In this document: positions 1 to 9,619 of the stretch, in pieces
Numbering within the stretch: the first letter of the stretch is position 1
Layout: every line of letters starts with the position of its first letter
Assembly: GCA_963676915.2 (NCBI GenBank)
Contig: CAXXVK010000049.1
Span: 1-64,000 of the forward strand
Source of the DNA: Myxococcota bacterium
GTDB taxonomy: Bacteria; Myxococcota_A; SURF-8; G963663525
DNA: 64,000 nt
Direction of reading: 5' to 3'
Notes under the pieces: model-generated
Told to the model about the DNA's origin: nothing
Databases searched by the model: none
The model's input: only the letters and a program-made list of their open reading frames with translations
Translations under genes and position numbers: made by a program

Positions 1-911
1 TTTTTGTCATCGAAGGCTTGGACCGTAAAACGGGAGTCTATCCCGTAGCCTCCTTTTTCTTTTTGGGAATCGAGACCTTTTAACGTGAAATCCCTTGTAA
101 TGTATTGAACTTGGTCTTTGTCCACAACCATCATCCATCCGGCTGCGGAACCACCGTATTTCTTATTGCCGACCAGTTGCATCACATTGACCGAATAATC
201 GTTGGTATGGGTATGGAACCCCACACGACGTGCAATAAACATCGTCGGCAGCATCGTCTGGTAGCTGTGTTCGTGGTAGGCCCAGCCCGAGACGTTGAAA
301 CTGTATTTACCCAATGACAACGTGCCTTTCACTCTCGCACGAGGGATGGTGAAAAAGACGGCCAGTTCGTCGCTTTTGTCTTTGTTGAAATAGTAGGTTC
401 CGTTGCCTTCTTTGACACCGGGGACCATCCTGCCGAATTCCAGATCCAGCTTCACACCGCCAGACTTACGGATCTCTAGGTGAATCGCGTGCCGTTTCGG
501 GGGAATACCTTCGATGTAGGTTTGCTCGGCTTTCGGGTTATCGGGATTGCTGCACCAGATTTGTTCTTTGTCTTTGAATTCGTGGAAGTTTTTCAGCGGT
601 TTTTCGCGGGCATAGACTCTCGGTGGCGATCCGGGCTTGACGATGGAAATGTTCGCGCCGCAGCGACCCTCACGAAGACCTATGTTCGTTTTCAGGAAAT
701 TGACGAAAAACTGGTAGCCGCTATCGGTGTGAATCTCGTAATACCAATACTCACCATAGGTTTTCTGCGGTCGTTCATGATGCCAGAAATCATCCGCCGT
801 GACAGGCTGCAATGAACCCGTGGGTGGGTATATCGGTTCTTTCGCCATTGCAGGACCGAGTTGTATAAATAGAATCAGAAGCGCAAATCCCAAACTATAC
901 GTTCGTCTCAC
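1..911 (-). CDS. Secreted AttH/CrtC/Svf1-like lipocalin-fold protein (3' end runs off the window)
   Basis: Not in the ORF track because there is no stop in the window. Translated by hand from GTG at 911 (GAGGA RBS upstream): MRRTYSLGFALLILFIQLGPAMAKEP...YGEYWYYEIHTDSG...IPRARVKGTLSLGKYSFNVSGWAYHEHSY..., open to position 3. The signal peptide and the E-x-W-Y and G-x-A-Y-H-E-H motifs fit this fold family. Confidence 0.65.
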   Translation of the reverse strand, partial: MRRTYSLGFALLILFIQLGPAMAKEPIYPPTGSLQPVTADDFWHHERPQKTYGEYWYYEIHTDSGYQFFVNFLKTNIGLREGRCGANISIVKPGSPPRVYAREKPLKNFHEFKDKEQIWCSNPDNPKAEQTYIEGIPPKRHAIHLEIRKSGGVKLDLEFGRMVPGVKEGNGTYYFNKDKSDELAVFFTIPRARVKGTLSLGKYSFNVSGWAYHEHSYQTMLPTMFIARRVGFHTHTNDYSVNVMQLVGNKKYGGSAAGWMMVVDKDQVQYITRDFTLKGLDSQKEKGGYGIDSRFTVQAFDDK

Positions 912-1021
912 GGATTCCTCCTTATCGAATCGTGATCTCAATTTCCACCGCACACTCTATCGTTAACGTAACACAAACCGGCAAAAACTCCCATAATCCG
1001 CTACCTTTTTGATACAAAACG

Positions 1022-3016
1022 TCACGGAATAGGGTGATTTTTGCGAATCGATTGCCTTAAATGAGGAATGCGGGCATCGTCCGGATGCTCGCTTTCCAAT
1101 TCTTTCAACTTTTCCAAGGCTTCCTTGATTTGTCCATTTTCTGCAAGAACCTGTGTGTAGTTTAAATGAAGTGTCATATCCTCAGGTTCATGTTTTATCG
1201 CATCGAGGAACAGCTTTTTCGCACGTTCTACATTGCCATGGTGTTGGGCGATATAAGCAAGTGTCTTGGCATTTCTCGGATCGTTGGGAAATTTTCCCAG
1301 CCATGCCATGACGGTCTGTTCCGCCTGGGGATCTTCGAGCAACGTAAGCGTCCAGGCTCGTCCTGCCCAGCCTTCATAATTATCGGGATCGAAATCGATC
1401 GACGCATTGAATAAACCGAATGCACGTCGAGGATTTTTTCCGAGCCAGCGGTTCGCCTCGTTGTTCGTTAGTTTTGGGTAATAGCGCCAGAACCCCTTAT
1501 AGTCTTCATTGTCGGTCCGGCTTGCCATTGCGAGCCAACTGGCCACAGCACGGCTATATTCCTGTTTGGAAAAATACGCTTTTCCTAGCCAGTGAAGGGC
1601 GATGATGTGTTTGGGGTAGATTTCAATGGCTCGTTGAAAACGTTGGATAGCCTGGTCATATTGTTGGCGTCCAAAGAGCTGTTTTCCATAGGCCAATTGC
1701 GCGTTGGCACTGTTGGGTGACGTGTCGGCGTAGCGTTCGAAAAGGGTATAATCGTCTCCCCAGACTGTGGCGATTTTTGATTGATATCCCAGGAAAATCG
1801 CCAAAACAACCCCAAGTACCGCTGCTGGAAGACGCCAATTCCATGGTCCACGGGAAAGAACAGGAAACACCAATCCCACGACGGCAATGCATAGCCCGAT
1901 CATTGGGAAATACAGATAACGCTCGGAAAAGAAGTTGGGAACCGGTGCAAAGCTCTGGACGACGAGAAGAATCTGCAACGAGAACCAAAGCAGTCCCAAA
2001 ACGACCGGCAAACGGTCGTACAATCTTTTGCGGACAGCGATAATCAGAAGCAGGATGGCAGTCCAGACAGCCAGTAGCAACGGCAAAGTATCCACGTACA
2101 TCACCGGAAGCTGATTGAATAACCAATCCATCGGTTGCGGGAACGGCCAGACGAAGCGCCAGAGGTAGTACACAAACAACCAACCCATGTTTAAATATCG
2201 CCAGAATTCTGGCAGCATGAGAGTCGGGTTGAACATGTCGGGGATTTCGATGGCGATGGTTCCCAAAGCTTGCCGCCTCAAAGCAAACATGATGGCAAGT
2301 GCGATCGTACCAAGAATCAACGCTGGCCACTGACGGCGAAACGTTTCTTTCCAGGAGGTCGAACCACCGGGGGCGAGACGGTCGGTCAGTACGAGTAGCG
2401 GCAAAATCATCACGCCGCTTTCTTTCGATAAAATGGCCGCAAAGAACAGAAAGAACGCTGCAATATGTCGTTTGATTCCAGGGCGGGAATGATCCTCGGG
2501 AAGCAAAACAAACAGGTACAACATGGAAAAAAACGCGCTAAGCAACGTCGAATGTTGCACGATGTTGTGAATCGTTTCGGCGTTGGCGGGATGAAGCGCA
2601 AACAGTGCCGCCGCAAACCACGGAAGTGGAGGTGGAAGCCAACGTCGGAGCAATCGAAATGCCATCCAGACTACGGAAAGATGCAACAGCAGGTTGACTA
2701 CGAGAAACAGCGTTGGATCTCCACCCGAAAGTTTCCACATGGTGATGAACGACATGACCAGCAACGGTCGGTACGTTCCACAGTTGGGAGGTTCGGTTCT
2801 GCCCCAGATATCGGCTTTCCAAAGGGTTCCCCATTGTCCTTCAGTGACGATCGGATTGTCTGCGATTGCCACGAAATCGTCATATACAAAACCGTTTCCA
2901 AGGGAAGGAAGCAGCATAGCGACGACAAGCAGGCCGAGCCAGAATCCACCGCGTACGCCTTGAAAAACGCTTGGGACGTCGGTATAGGGAGCATCTAATT
3001 CGATTGGTTGGTTCAT
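1022..3016 (-). CDS. TMTC-like GT-C glycosyltransferase (putative protein O-mannosyltransferase) with C-terminal TPRs
   Basis: Motifs FVYDD..I..NP, YRPL, LFALHP..AE, LSKESG, SERYLYFP and WGDDYTLF; about 11 TM segments followed by TPR repeats. Start taken at MNQPIELD (3016); the ORF track extends it to 3115. Confidence 0.8.
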   Translation of the reverse strand: MNQPIELDAPYTDVPSVFQGVRGGFWLGLLVVAMLLPSLGNGFVYDDFVAIADNPIVTEGQWGTLWKADIWGRTEPPNCGTYRPLLVMSFITMWKLSGGDPTLFLVVNLLLHLSVVWMAFRLLRRWLPPPLPWFAAALFALHPANAETIHNIVQHSTLLSAFFSMLYLFVLLPEDHSRPGIKRHIAAFFLFFAAILSKESGVMILPLLVLTDRLAPGGSTSWKETFRRQWPALILGTIALAIMFALRRQALGTIAIEIPDMFNPTLMLPEFWRYLNMGWLFVYYLWRFVWPFPQPMDWLFNQLPVMYVDTLPLLLAVWTAILLLIIAVRKRLYDRLPVVLGLLWFSLQILLVVQSFAPVPNFFSERYLYFPMIGLCIAVVGLVFPVLSRGPWNWRLPAAVLGVVLAIFLGYQSKIATVWGDDYTLFERYADTSPNSANAQLAYGKQLFGRQQYDQAIQRFQRAIEIYPKHIIALHWLGKAYFSKQEYSRAVASWLAMASRTDNEDYKGFWRYYPKLTNNEANRWLGKNPRRAFGLFNASIDFDPDNYEGWAGRAWTLTLLEDPQAEQTVMAWLGKFPNDPRNAKTLAYIAQHHGNVERAKKLFLDAIKHEPEDMTLHLNYTQVLAENGQIKEALEKLKELESEHPDDARIPHLRQSIRKNHPIP

Positions 3017-3139
3017 CGGTTTCCACAACGTGAGCGTACCGTAAATCGTAGATTGCTTTGGTGCTCCAAGTCTAAAGCGACAAGCCAACGAACGCAAGCA
3101 AAGCGTGGATTTCACCGAAAAACGAAAAAATTCGAATCA

Positions 3140-3940
3140 CTATTTCTGACAGGTTGGGCAATAAAAAGTACTACGTTGCTGTTGTAGGACGCGCTGGATC
3201 GTTGTTTTACAATGGGGGCAGGGGTCTCCCTCGTGGCCGTAGACATTCAGAAAATCCTGAAAGCCTCCATCTTCTCCACGAGCATTCTGGAAGTCGGAAA
3301 AGGTTGTGCCGCAAAACGAAATGGCTTTTCGCAAGATGCGTCGCATATGCCTGAAAAGACAGGAAATTTCTTCGTCTGCCAAGTCTTCGGCCGGTCGGAA
3401 GGGATCGATTCCCGAAGCGAACAGAATTTCCGAGGCATAGATGTTCCCCAACCCCACCAAGCGATCCTGACGCAATAACCACTGTTTTATCGGTTGACGA
3501 CTTCTCCCGATTTTCTGCTGTAGCAGTTTTGCTGTAAGGCGATTGTCAAGCGGGTCGATTCCACCTGTGTCGAAGTCTTTGAAGGACGAGGCAAGTTTCA
3601 TCGTTCCGAAACGTCGGACATCGGCGAAATCAAGACAACCGCTATCGAAATGCAAACGTGCACGAAGATATGGAACCGATTCCGGGCCGGAGCCTATCAG
3701 CAACCGACCCGTCATGCGCAAATGAACACCTAAAAACCGATCTTCGTTTTGTTTCCCTTCAAAAACGAAAAGAATGGTTTTTCCCAAGCGTTCAAGACGT
3801 TTTACCCGACGCCCCACGATAGGAGCGTCGGAATCAAGTGCTAATTTGTGATCGAAAATTTCGATGCGCTGAAGAATCCGTCCTTCGACCGCAGGTGCAA
3901 TTTGTCGTACGACGGTTTCGACTTCCGGCAATTCCGGCAT
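3140..3940 (-). CDS. mutM: Formamidopyrimidine-DNA glycosylase / AP lyase (Fpg)
   Basis: N-terminal MPELPEVET, HLRMTG, DVRRFG, H2TH motif GLGNIYASE and C-terminal zinc finger CPHC...FYCPTCQ. Confidence 0.97.
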   Translation of the reverse strand: MPELPEVETVVRQIAPAVEGRILQRIEIFDHKLALDSDAPIVGRRVKRLERLGKTILFVFEGKQNEDRFLGVHLRMTGRLLIGSGPESVPYLRARLHFDSGCLDFADVRRFGTMKLASSFKDFDTGGIDPLDNRLTAKLLQQKIGRSRQPIKQWLLRQDRLVGLGNIYASEILFASGIDPFRPAEDLADEEISCLFRHMRRILRKAISFCGTTFSDFQNARGEDGGFQDFLNVYGHEGDPCPHCKTTIQRVLQQQRSTFYCPTCQK

Positions 3941-3946
3941 GAAAGA

Positions 3947-4108
3947 TCAGCTTACCGGTTCGAACATGGATTTATCGGCTCCGCACACCGGGCAGACCCA
4001 ATCTTCAGGAATATCTTCGAATTTCGTACCGGGAGCGATGCCGCCATCGGGATCACCTTTTTCCTGGTCGTACACATAACCGCAGGCCGTACATTCCATC
4101 TTTTTCAT
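3947..4108 (-). CDS. Rubredoxin
   Basis: [14 protein letters not shown]...[20 protein letters not shown], with two CxxC motifs. AGGAGA RBS precedes the ATG at 4108. Confidence 0.97.
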   Translation of the reverse strand: MKKMECTACGYVYDQEKGDPDGGIAPGTKFEDIPEDWVCPVCGADKSMFEPVS

Positions 4109-4165
4109 ATTCGCTCTCCTAGTGGTGGTGATTCGGTCGTTAGCTAACATAAGGTAACCGTACTT

Positions 4166-4193
4166 ACTTTAGCCACGTACCTGGAAAGGTCAA
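4166..4193 (-). promoter_or_regulatory. Candidate sigma70 promoter for rubredoxin-mutM
   Basis: Minus strand TTGACC-N16-TAAAGT. Confidence 0.45.
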
Positions 4194-4263
4194 TAGATGG
4201 ACCGCGAAATTGTAACGAATTCAAATTCTCGACTCGTGGTTTTCCTGGTTTTGCATCGGGAAC

Positions 4264-4683
4264 TCAGGCGTTTTGGTTTTGTCGTCTCAGGCGGCGGGTC
4301 AGGACTTTGATGATTCCTTCGGCGATTTCGGACCGTTCGTGCATGATGAAGTAGAAATCATCGCGACCGATGACCAGAGCGACGACTTTTTCCTTGGCGG
4401 TGACGGTTGCCGAGCGTGGTTCGGAATCGAGAATCGCCATTTCTCCAACGCACTGGCTTGCACCCAATTCGGCGACTTCACGATCTCCCACGGTGACGCT
4501 GACTTTTCCGGAAACGATCAGATACAACACATCGCCCAACTCGCCTTCATTCATCAGCACTTCGCCGCTTTCGAAGGTGAATTCACGTGTGATTCTGGCA
4601 ATTTCCGCCAGTTCGCTTCCTGGAATGTTTCGGAACAGGTCGATCTGTTTTAGGATCAATACCCGCTCTACGATCGTCAGCAT
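4264..4683 (-). CDS. Stand-alone cyclic nucleotide-binding domain protein
   Basis: Start MLTIVERVLILK; motifs EGELGDVLYLIVSGKV and GEMAILDSEPRSATV (phosphate-binding cassette). No HTH domain. Confidence 0.9.
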   Translation of the reverse strand: MLTIVERVLILKQIDLFRNIPGSELAEIARITREFTFESGEVLMNEGELGDVLYLIVSGKVSVTVGDREVAELGASQCVGEMAILDSEPRSATVTAKEKVVALVIGRDDFYFIMHERSEIAEGIIKVLTRRLRRQNQNA

Positions 4684-4780
4684 CTTGTTTGCCTCTACAA
4701 ATGTTCCTTGTGCAGACTGTACTGGTTTGAACGATCTTGCGCAAGTTTTTCCATTTTCATACTCTCTTGAGGGAAGCTCT

Positions 4781-5548
4781 TTACTTGAAAACGGAAACTC
4801 TGTGGCTTGGAGTTTCCAACAGGCGATCGACGGCATAGCAGTATTTCGAGAATCCCCGCTGTCGCAGGTCGAAATTGCGAATGATTTCTATAGCCCAGAA
4901 TGGAACCGCACTTTCAGTCTTGATTTCCAGAATTACCGGCGACTCGTCGGCAGAGGTCGCAACCGGGTCGTCGCAGGAAATCATCGGACAATCGGGTACC
5001 GGGTCGAACGAGTCTTTCGACGGATGGCAGGTCAACCGGCGGTCGAAAGTGATACGTCCGTAGGTGTCGAGATCGCTGACATAAGGTTCTCGAAAATAAC
5101 GGACGTGAACGAGAGGTTTGGCTCCGCTCATCGTAACGACGTGTTCGAAAGACGTGGAGATCTTCTCGTGACCCACTTCCGTATAGCTTTCCTCGGGACG
5201 TTGCAAAAGCGTCGGCCAGTCGGATAAAGGGACCGGGCGGCGGAACTTCCAGATCATGGAATCGTTGCGGTATTTCAACTCCAGCCAGAGGTTGTTTTCA
5301 GGACGTGTTCCATAATAGCGGACTCTGGGTTTGACGCGCCGCAACTTGCGAAATTTCACGTCGTGATAAAAAAGAAAATCCGGGGTTTCGAAATACAGAT
5401 TGTTGACGGTGTAGCCTAGTATGTTCGGGTCGGCGTGGGCATCGAGTGAGAAAAAACTGCGGATGTAGTCCCGGATTTCCCGAGCCATTTGTTCGGAAAT
5501 CGTATACTTCAATTCGTAACGGATAATGGTGTTGACGTTTCCCGTCAT
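4781..5548 (-). CDS. VTC-domain polyphosphate polymerase (CYTH/triphosphate tunnel fold)
   Basis: Motifs RYELKY, NLYFETPD, KPRVRYY, LELKYR, YFREPY, RITFD, ILEIK and FSKYC. Confidence 0.9.
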   Translation of the reverse strand: MTGNVNTIIRYELKYTISEQMAREIRDYIRSFFSLDAHADPNILGYTVNNLYFETPDFLFYHDVKFRKLRRVKPRVRYYGTRPENNLWLELKYRNDSMIWKFRRPVPLSDWPTLLQRPEESYTEVGHEKISTSFEHVVTMSGAKPLVHVRYFREPYVSDLDTYGRITFDRRLTCHPSKDSFDPVPDCPMISCDDPVATSADESPVILEIKTESAVPFWAIEIIRNFDLRQRGFSKYCYAVDRLLETPSHRVSVFK

Positions 5549-5552
5549 CAGG

Positions 5553-6842
5553 CTACCTCGTCAAGGGTGCGGTATCGTCGAGTCCGACGAGGTAGGCGAG
5601 ATCCAACAGAGCATGACGCAATTGCCGCCGTTTGTCTTCCAGCATTTTTTCCGTCTCAACGACGGTTAGCTCCAACTCCAACACTTCATCGGGATACAGA
5701 CTGCGATGGATACGCGCCTGCTCGATAATGTTCTGCGCTTCACGGATCATGCTCTCGGCTTCAAGCTTAAAATGCTCCCAATCCTCCAGGATTTCCATAT
5801 AGAGGTTGTAGCCTTCGACCACTTCGTTTTCGATTCGTTCCGAATTGACCTCGATTTGCGCATCTTTGCGCTGTACGGCCTGCCGAGTGGCCCGAATATT
5901 CCCGGTGTTGAAATTGAACAGCGGCAGCTCGACTCCTACCATCAACTCGGCCCAGTCGGTGTTGTCTTTTTCCAGGTGATAGTTGGCTTCGATCATGCTG
6001 AACCACGGAATTCGCTGGTAGCGCTCGAATTCGTACTGATCCAGCGCCAGTTGTTTTCGTTGTACAGCGAGTTTGGTTTCGGGGCGGTTTTCCAGTGCCA
6101 GACGCACGAGTTCATCTTGGGGAAGGGTTAGCGTGGAAAGCGGAGCGGGATGTACGTGAATCGGTGTTTCCGATCCCGTCAGGCGCTGAAGGCGGCGGAG
6201 TACCACGTTGCGTTGTCTTTCGATACGCGACAGGTCGTTTTTCGATTCGGCCAGCCACATTTTCGCCTTGGTGAAATACACCACCGAGCGGTTTCCCTGT
6301 TTCACCATACCTTCGATAATTCGCAGACGTTCCGTTTCAAGTTGCAAACGTCGGTTGGCAAGCTGCCAGTGGTTATCCAGCATGGAAAACGTGGCGCAAT
6401 TACGGCGGATTTTTCGTATCAATTCCTGGCGAAACCGGCTGGCTCGGACCCGTCGTTCTTCGAGTTCCACCCGCGAGGTTTGCTCGGATTGCGACAACCC
6501 GCCGGGACGTGGAGGTGTCCAACGAAGTCCGAGTTGTACCTCGTCGAAGCCTTCCGTAAAATAGCGTGTCGAAAGATCCCGTACGCGCAACTCGGGATTT
6601 TCGAGGCTTCCGGCGGAGTCGAGGCGGTAGCGGGCTACGGTGATGTTCGATTGCAAAAGCGCAAGCTCGCGACTGTGCGCCAGCCCGAGTTCGACCACTT
6701 GAGCTTCATCGAGAATTACAGCGTTTTCGTCGGATTCCGTGGAGTTCTCTTGTCCAAAAGCCGGAGAAACGATGAGAAAAATCAAACAAGAAAACGTCAG
6801 AACGTGTAAAAAACGAAACGTTTGATTCTTTTGTTCGTTCAT
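5553..6842 (-). CDS. TolC-family outer membrane efflux protein
   Basis: Signal peptide ending AFG; LENPEL, ALENRPE and GVELPLFNFNTGNI motifs; two helical repeat halves. Confidence 0.85.
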   Translation of the reverse strand: MNEQKNQTFRFLHVLTFSCLIFLIVSPAFGQENSTESDENAVILDEAQVVELGLAHSRELALLQSNITVARYRLDSAGSLENPELRVRDLSTRYFTEGFDEVQLGLRWTPPRPGGLSQSEQTSRVELEERRVRASRFRQELIRKIRRNCATFSMLDNHWQLANRRLQLETERLRIIEGMVKQGNRSVVYFTKAKMWLAESKNDLSRIERQRNVVLRRLQRLTGSETPIHVHPAPLSTLTLPQDELVRLALENRPETKLAVQRKQLALDQYEFERYQRIPWFSMIEANYHLEKDNTDWAELMVGVELPLFNFNTGNIRATRQAVQRKDAQIEVNSERIENEVVEGYNLYMEILEDWEHFKLEAESMIREAQNIIEQARIHRSLYPDEVLELELTVVETEKMLEDKRRQLRHALLDLAYLVGLDDTAPLTR

Positions 6843-8866
6843 CGTTCCCCCTTGGAAACGATGGCGAATGTTGGCGCGCCCTGGTCGGCATCGAAAGCGA
6901 TGAAAGCTTTACCGCCTTCGAAAAAGGCCAGACCTTCGGCTTTTTTTCCGGGGAATGCGTTCAATATTTCCGATGCGCCGTTTGATTGCAGACGGAAATA
7001 GCGACCGATCTGGCGTTCCGTTCCGGCATTTGCGATGGTCGAAAGCCCATGCAAAACACCGGAAGCATCGAAAGCCAGCGACGAAATCGAGCCTCCCGGG
7101 GGATCTCCCAAGGGAAATTCAGCGAATCGTTGAAGTTGATTGGGGGAGAGCTTGCCTGTGTCGAGTAGTTGGCTTGGGTTGTCCAACTTCCAGACCATCG
7201 CCTTGTTTCCGTCCAAAGGCTGCTTGAGTCCGAGATACAGGCTGCCGTCCTTCCACGCTGCCCCTTCGATGTTAAGCAGTTTGCGACCATCCCGGTCGAG
7301 CGCTATAAGGCCAAGTTGCTTTAACTGGTCGGAAGTATACGATTTTTCCAATGCCGAAAGAAATTCGATGCTTTTGATGACTTCGAACGAGCGGCCTTCG
7401 CGTCGGACTTTGTATATTTTTTCGCGGGATGACTTCCGTTTCCCCTTTTTCGACGTGTTTTGACTGGAGACGAACCAAAGGATGTCTTTGGATTCGACTG
7501 CAATTGCTTCGAGATCGTTGAATTTCTTCACGCCACGCACAAGGAGCGGTTGGTTTTCCACGTTTCCGAAGCGATCCATCAGGAAAATCCACGGTGTTTT
7601 GTCGTTCGAATTCTTCCAGCCGGTGTCGTCACTCAACACGATGAAACGCTGGAGGTCATCCAGCCAGGTGAGGGCCGACGGCTCGAAGCGGGTGCGTCGC
7701 GCCAACTCAGGCGGCACGGTGATGGTTCCCTCTTTCAACGTGACTTTGTTTTTTTTGGAAGCGGGTAGGGGGGCGGCGTGAGCGGAGTGGGGAAAGTCCA
7801 CGTTTTTTCCGGTGAAGCGAACGTGAACCGCTTCGCCCGGTAAAAACGGATGACCGTCGTCCAGTTTTACCCGCACTTTTCGCGCCCAGAAAATCTGGTT
7901 GCGGAACGTCAGCCGCTCGGGGACCGCTTCGAAACCGGGATGCACGAAAACCACGGTTCCGCCGAAAATATCCAAGCTTCGGCGTCGAGGTGTGATTTCG
8001 ACTCGCGTTCCGGTGGCGATCGATGTATCCGCCGTTTCTGGAATATACATTTGCAGGTGGTTGGAGCGGGTTTCCTCGATGACGATCCAGGGCTGAAATG
8101 CCGCGAGGGTGTCGCTTTCCCAGGCCAGAACATCCACGACACGACCGATGCAAGGGGCGTGTAGACTCCGAGCGTGAATCCGTTCTTCCAATAGCGCGAT
8201 TTCCGTTCGTAGTTCACTGACGGCAAGGCTTCGTTCGCTTAAACCCGATTGTACGAGTTTTTTCTCGTCGTCGGGTAACGTTACTCCGGATTCCGCCTGC
8301 TGAGCCTGAACTTTTCTTTCGATGGCTCTCTCGGAGGCGTTCGCCTCGGCCACATAGCGTTCCAGCCATGCACGGCGCAGCAAGAGGCGTGTCAAATCGG
8401 GGGTATGGCCCAATCCCGCATTTTCGGCGGTGCGTAGGCGCTCGATTTCCTCGTTGATGCTTTTCAACTCGGCTCTGCGGGAAGCGAACAGCGCTTTGGT
8501 TTCGGCCAAGTTGGAAAGATCGGCCTCCAGTGCCAGTTGCAATTGCTGGAATTCGAGGGCGAAACGTCGTTCGTCGGCGGGGAAGCCGCGTTCCAGTTCT
8601 TTAAGCGTTTCTTCAAGGATCGTTTTCTGCCGTTCGAGTTCTTGGTTGTCCAGGCTGGCGAGCAATTGCCCCGGCTTCACTTCGTCGCCTACACGAACCT
8701 GTAACGCACCGATTTTCCCGGCTTCAGGGACGCCCAATGTGTGTCGTCGGGTTTCCATCAGGCCGAGGTAATTCGAAGCGAAATACCACTGATGAAAGAA
8801 GTAGGCTGCTACACCCGCAATGAACAGCCATACAAGAACGAATCCGCTTGGTTTGAATCGTTTCAC
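6839..8866 (-). CDS. HlyD-family periplasmic adaptor fused to a C-terminal DUF3616-like beta-propeller domain
   Basis: N-terminal TM, lipoyl half-motifs GKIGALQVRVGDEVKPGQLLASLD and LHAPCIGRV, a long coiled coil and a beta-barrel ending FLPGEAV. A further ~290 aa carries FEPSAL, DLEAIA, LNIEGAAW..LYLGLKQPL and KAEGLA. Confidence 0.8.
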   Translation of the reverse strand: MKRFKPSGFVLVWLFIAGVAAYFFHQWYFASNYLGLMETRRHTLGVPEAGKIGALQVRVGDEVKPGQLLASLDNQELERQKTILEETLKELERGFPADERRFALEFQQLQLALEADLSNLAETKALFASRRAELKSINEEIERLRTAENAGLGHTPDLTRLLLRRAWLERYVAEANASERAIERKVQAQQAESGVTLPDDEKKLVQSGLSERSLAVSELRTEIALLEERIHARSLHAPCIGRVVDVLAWESDTLAAFQPWIVIEETRSNHLQMYIPETADTSIATGTRVEITPRRRSLDIFGGTVVFVHPGFEAVPERLTFRNQIFWARKVRVKLDDGHPFLPGEAVHVRFTGKNVDFPHSAHAAPLPASKKNKVTLKEGTITVPPELARRTRFEPSALTWLDDLQRFIVLSDDTGWKNSNDKTPWIFLMDRFGNVENQPLLVRGVKKFNDLEAIAVESKDILWFVSSQNTSKKGKRKSSREKIYKVRREGRSFEVIKSIEFLSALEKSYTSDQLKQLGLIALDRDGRKLLNIEGAAWKDGSLYLGLKQPLDGNKAMVWKLDNPSQLLDTGKLSPNQLQRFAEFPLGDPPGGSISSLAFDASGVLHGLSTIANAGTERQIGRYFRLQSNGASEILNAFPGKKAEGLAFFEGGKAFIAFDADQGAPTFAIVSKGER

Positions 8867-8872
8867 GTCGGA

Positions 8873-9553
8873 CTATACCTCCACCGTTGTTTTTTGATTG
8901 TGATAGGTTAGTCCGCGCAGTCCTTTAACTTTGGAAAGCGCCTGGATCAGTCGTGTTTCGTCGTTTTCTCCTCCCAATTTGATCTGGTAGGCGCAGTCCA
9001 TCCATTCTCCTTGGGAAATGTCCCGAAGGGTGACCAGTACGAAATGTTGAGAGAGACGACGCAAAACGTCCGTAACTTCGTCGAGGTGTTCGTCCCCGGA
9101 AGGAATCTGGAATCGGATAAGGCCGTCATTGCGCTTATGGGTGGCGAACGATGAACGATGCAGGATCATCGCGACCGCCGAGAAAAACAGCGTCCCGATA
9201 ATCGCCGCCGTATAGCTTTGAACGCCGCAAGCGACACCTACGCCGAGTGAGGCGAAAAGAAAAACGAGGTCTTTGGGGTCGCGCAGGTTGGTACGAAAAC
9301 GGATAATCGCGAGTGAACCCACGATCCCGATACCTCGGGCGATGTTGTCGCCGATGGCAATCATCAGCAGGCAGGATATCAAGCTGCCCAACACCATGCT
9401 TTGCAAAAGCCCTCGTGACCAGCTAAGTCCCTGAAATGTCCGTTCGTAAATGGCGGCCACGACGCTGGATAGCAAAAACGCCAACATGAACGATAGCAAA
9501 ATATTGCGCCAGTCCAGCGCAATCGATCCGAATTGCAGTAGCAGAGTATCCAT
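8873..9553 (-). CDS. DUF4956-family membrane protein
   Basis: IGDNIARGIGIVGSLAIIRFRTNLRDPKDLVFLF signature, about 4-5 hydrophobic segments and a soluble C-terminal domain. GAGGAG RBS. Confidence 0.9.
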   Translation of the reverse strand: MDTLLLQFGSIALDWRNILLSFMLAFLLSSVVAAIYERTFQGLSWSRGLLQSMVLGSLISCLLMIAIGDNIARGIGIVGSLAIIRFRTNLRDPKDLVFLFASLGVGVACGVQSYTAAIIGTLFFSAVAMILHRSSFATHKRNDGLIRFQIPSGDEHLDEVTDVLRRLSQHFVLVTLRDISQGEWMDCAYQIKLGGENDETRLIQALSKVKGLRGLTYHNQKTTVEV

Positions 9554-9619
9554 TGCTCCTCAACACACTGTTTTCATACGCCGATACAAGAGATGTTTTC
9601 CCGAAGGAAGAATTTCAGA

